Translations under genes and position numbers: made by a program
Assembly (NCBI RefSeq): GCF_038025025.1
Contig: NW_027117353.1
Location: 372,001-436,000 of the forward strand
Source of the DNA: Phyllosticta citribraziliensis
Lineage: Eukaryota
DNA: 64,000 bases
Direction of reading: 5' to 3'
Notes under the pieces: generated by a model
The model's database searches: none
Told to the model about the DNA's origin: nothing
Seen by the model: the letters and a program-made list of their open reading frames with translations, nothing else
In this document: in pieces, positions 61,845-64,000 of the stretch
Layout of the letters: every line of letters starts with the position of its first letter
Position numbering within the stretch: position 1 is the first letter of the stretch

Positions 61845-63410
61845 ATGAGCATGGACGCAGGCGGTCTTGCTCAAATGTCCTTCAACAAAAACAACTCGTT
61901 TGCCTCTGGCGGAGGCCTGGGCGCTCCCGCCTCCAGCTTTTCTTCTCGTGGCAAAGGCAATCACCTCAAGCGCCTCAGCGCCGCCGCTCCGCCCAAGGTC
62001 GACTCCATCAGCGAGCATCCCGCCAACGAAAACCCCACCCCGAGAACCAGCCGCTCGCACCTGCTCGCTGGTCTTCGCACCGCTCCACGCAACAACAGCT
62101 CGAGCCCTGTCCCCCAGTCTGCTCCCTACAACAACAACAGCTTTGGCGCTCAAAGATTCGTCCCCAACAACGGCCGGAACCCCGCCGTTCCGCAGACCGC
62201 CATTGCTTCTGGCTTTCCCGTGAACCAGCAGTCTCAGTTTGGCTACAACGCCGGTCAGCAGTACTACGCCCTGCCGGAGCACGTCCTTGCGCCTCCCCAG
62301 GTCAAGCTTGACACGCACGACGATGGAGAAATAGACCCCAGCATTGCCGCTCAGCTGCTGGCCACTGAAATGTACCTGCAGCAGCGCCAGCAGCAACTCC
62401 AGCAGCAGCTGCTCAGTCTCCAGCTTGCTGGAATGAGCCTCAACGGCGCCAACGCCCGCCAGCAATTCCCCATCACGCCCATGACGCCGCAGGCCGGATT
62501 CTACGGTCAGCAGATGCAGGCCGCCCAGGACTTGTCCGCGTCCGTGTCCGTGGGCTACAACCCCCTGACTGGCCAATACCAATACGTCTTGAATCAGGAC
62601 GTGCAGCCGCCGCAACTCTCGGATTCGCCGCCTCCTCCCACGCCCAGCTTTACCAACTCTCCCCCCAAGTCGGCCACTCCCGCGTTTCGCGCCCAGGTCT
62701 CTCCCCCGAGCGACGTCAGCGCCAACCCCTTTGACTCTCGCAGCTCCACTCCGCCCAAGGCTAGAACTCCTCCGGCCGACATTGCGCCGCTCCCGCCGCC
62801 ATCCGCAAATGCGTTTCGCCGCGGTCACCGCAAGAACATCTCGTCTCTCAACTTGAGCGGTACCGACGCCGTCGCCGACGGTCCCAAGTCTGCCTTTGTC
62901 CGTCCTGTCGGTTTTCCTTCTACGCCAATGACGGGCACTTTTGGCCCCGGTCAGGCCCGTGCTGGTGAGCATCCGACCCGCCAGCCCCGCGGACCGCCAC
63001 CTCTTGAGGAACTCCAAGCTGCCCCGACTGCCAAGCACGAGGGTAGCAAGAACTTTGCGACTCGTCAGCGCCGTTCGGCTGTGCGCAACCTCGTTCGCGC
63101 GGGCATCGAGCGTCGCGGAGTGCGCAGCAGCGGCAGCGGAACGCCAGTCAGCGAGATTGAGACGAGCTTTCCCTCGTCGGACAATGACTCTGACAGCGTG
63201 CGCAGCGGCAGTCTGTCGGCCAAGCCCAGCATTGGCAGTCTGCGTGCAGCCGCCAGCGGCGCCATTGGTTCGGAGCGCAAGACGCTCAAGGAGCGGTCCA
63301 TGGAGAGGAAGAGCAGCGATGAGCATTCCAGGTCTGGCTCGGGCGAGCGCAGGAGGATGCCCATGCTCGTGCTCACGAGCGCCGAGAAGCGCAAGAGCTC
63401 CATGTTCTGA
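61845..63410 (+). CDS. Low-complexity / intrinsically disordered protein of unknown function (~520 aa)
   Basis: Long ORF with strong coding-type third-position bias, likely starting MSMDAGG at 61845. It has a Q-rich helix, a Pro/Ser-rich region and the short motifs 'SRSHLLAGLRTAP', 'FRRGHRK' and 'RQPRGPP...GSKNF'. Confidence 0.8.
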   Translation: MSMDAGGLAQMSFNKNNSFASGGGLGAPASSFSSRGKGNHLKRLSAAAPPKVDSISEHPANENPTPRTSRSHLLAGLRTAPRNNSSSPVPQSAPYNNNSFGAQRFVPNNGRNPAVPQTAIASGFPVNQQSQFGYNAGQQYYALPEHVLAPPQVKLDTHDDGEIDPSIAAQLLATEMYLQQRQQQLQQQLLSLQLAGMSLNGANARQQFPITPMTPQAGFYGQQMQAAQDLSASVSVGYNPLTGQYQYVLNQDVQPPQLSDSPPPPTPSFTNSPPKSATPAFRAQVSPPSDVSANPFDSRSSTPPKARTPPADIAPLPPPSANAFRRGHRKNISSLNLSGTDAVADGPKSAFVRPVGFPSTPMTGTFGPGQARAGEHPTRQPRGPPPLEELQAAPTAKHEGSKNFATRQRRSAVRNLVRAGIERRGVRSSGSGTPVSEIETSFPSSDNDSDSVRSGSLSAKPSIGSLRAAASGAIGSERKTLKERSMERKSSDEHSRSGSGERRRMPMLVLTSAEKRKSSMF

Positions 63411-64000
63411 CGGGGGTTTGGCCGGCTATGGCGAGTTGGCGGGAAAATTACGATGACGATTACTGCATGTGGACTTTTTTGAATTTTGCCTAGGATTGCT
63501 ATGGAGTTCCTTTCGCTGAAGCCCCTCCTCCCAATGGCCTTCTTTGCCTCACATTCGCTTGGCACGCTCCTTTGCGGCGTTTTTTGCTTCCCTTCTTCTT
63601 GTCCGGAGCAGTAGGAATGGAAATACGCGGTCTCGGGCGTTTCTTTTTGCTTCTTTACTGCGTAAATCTCGTCGGGTCGTCATCGTGGGGAGATTGACGG
63701 CGCCCTTGAAACGCTTTTCTTGCTTCCGGTTTTGGCTGAGCCATGATTGAGCGGCAGAGGAGAAAGCGTGTCTTCTTTTCAACCGGGCACCAACATCACG
63801 TTCACTTTTTTCTCTTCTTCTTCCATTCGCTTCTGAACTCGTTGTGTCCGCTTTATTTCGTCCTCTTTGAGAGATCTGCCTCCCTTGTGCGGGGAGGAGA
63901 AAACAGCCCTTTTTTTTGGCTGGTCTTAGGTATATTTGCACGCTGCTAGCTAGGTTGCGCAAGCACTCTGATAGGAATCGGTGCCGTGGCTGCTATCTGC

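Overview
Eukaryotic DNA from a filamentous ascomycete (Pezizomycotina, probably a Dothideomycete; the taxon is inferred from gene style and not verified). It has short GT-AG introns with CTRAC branch sites and microsatellite-rich intergenic regions. I can support about 18 protein-coding genes: an NCS1 permease (5'-truncated), tigA/ERp38 PDI, a methyltransferase-fold protein, an AzgA purine permease, EBP2, a small three-exon HSBP1 missed by the ORF track, a WDR44/Dgr2-like WD40 protein, RNR2, a zinc alcohol dehydrogenase, AmdX, a golgin-like coiled-coil protein, a MYND protein, FacB, a SET-domain methyltransferase, CDC14, NDUFB7, GSH1 and a disordered protein. I found no transposon ORF, tRNA, rRNA or CRISPR array. 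The most notable non-coding signals are (1) a full-length but strongly divergent U2 snRNA-like gene with a TATA box (~55927-56122), (2) a 489-nt intron in the SET gene closed by a ~26-bp stem and holding internal splice signals, and (3) MluI cell-cycle boxes (ACGCGT) in all three introns and the promoter of RNR2. Exon boundaries were read by eye and family assignments come from recognised motifs, not from database searches.
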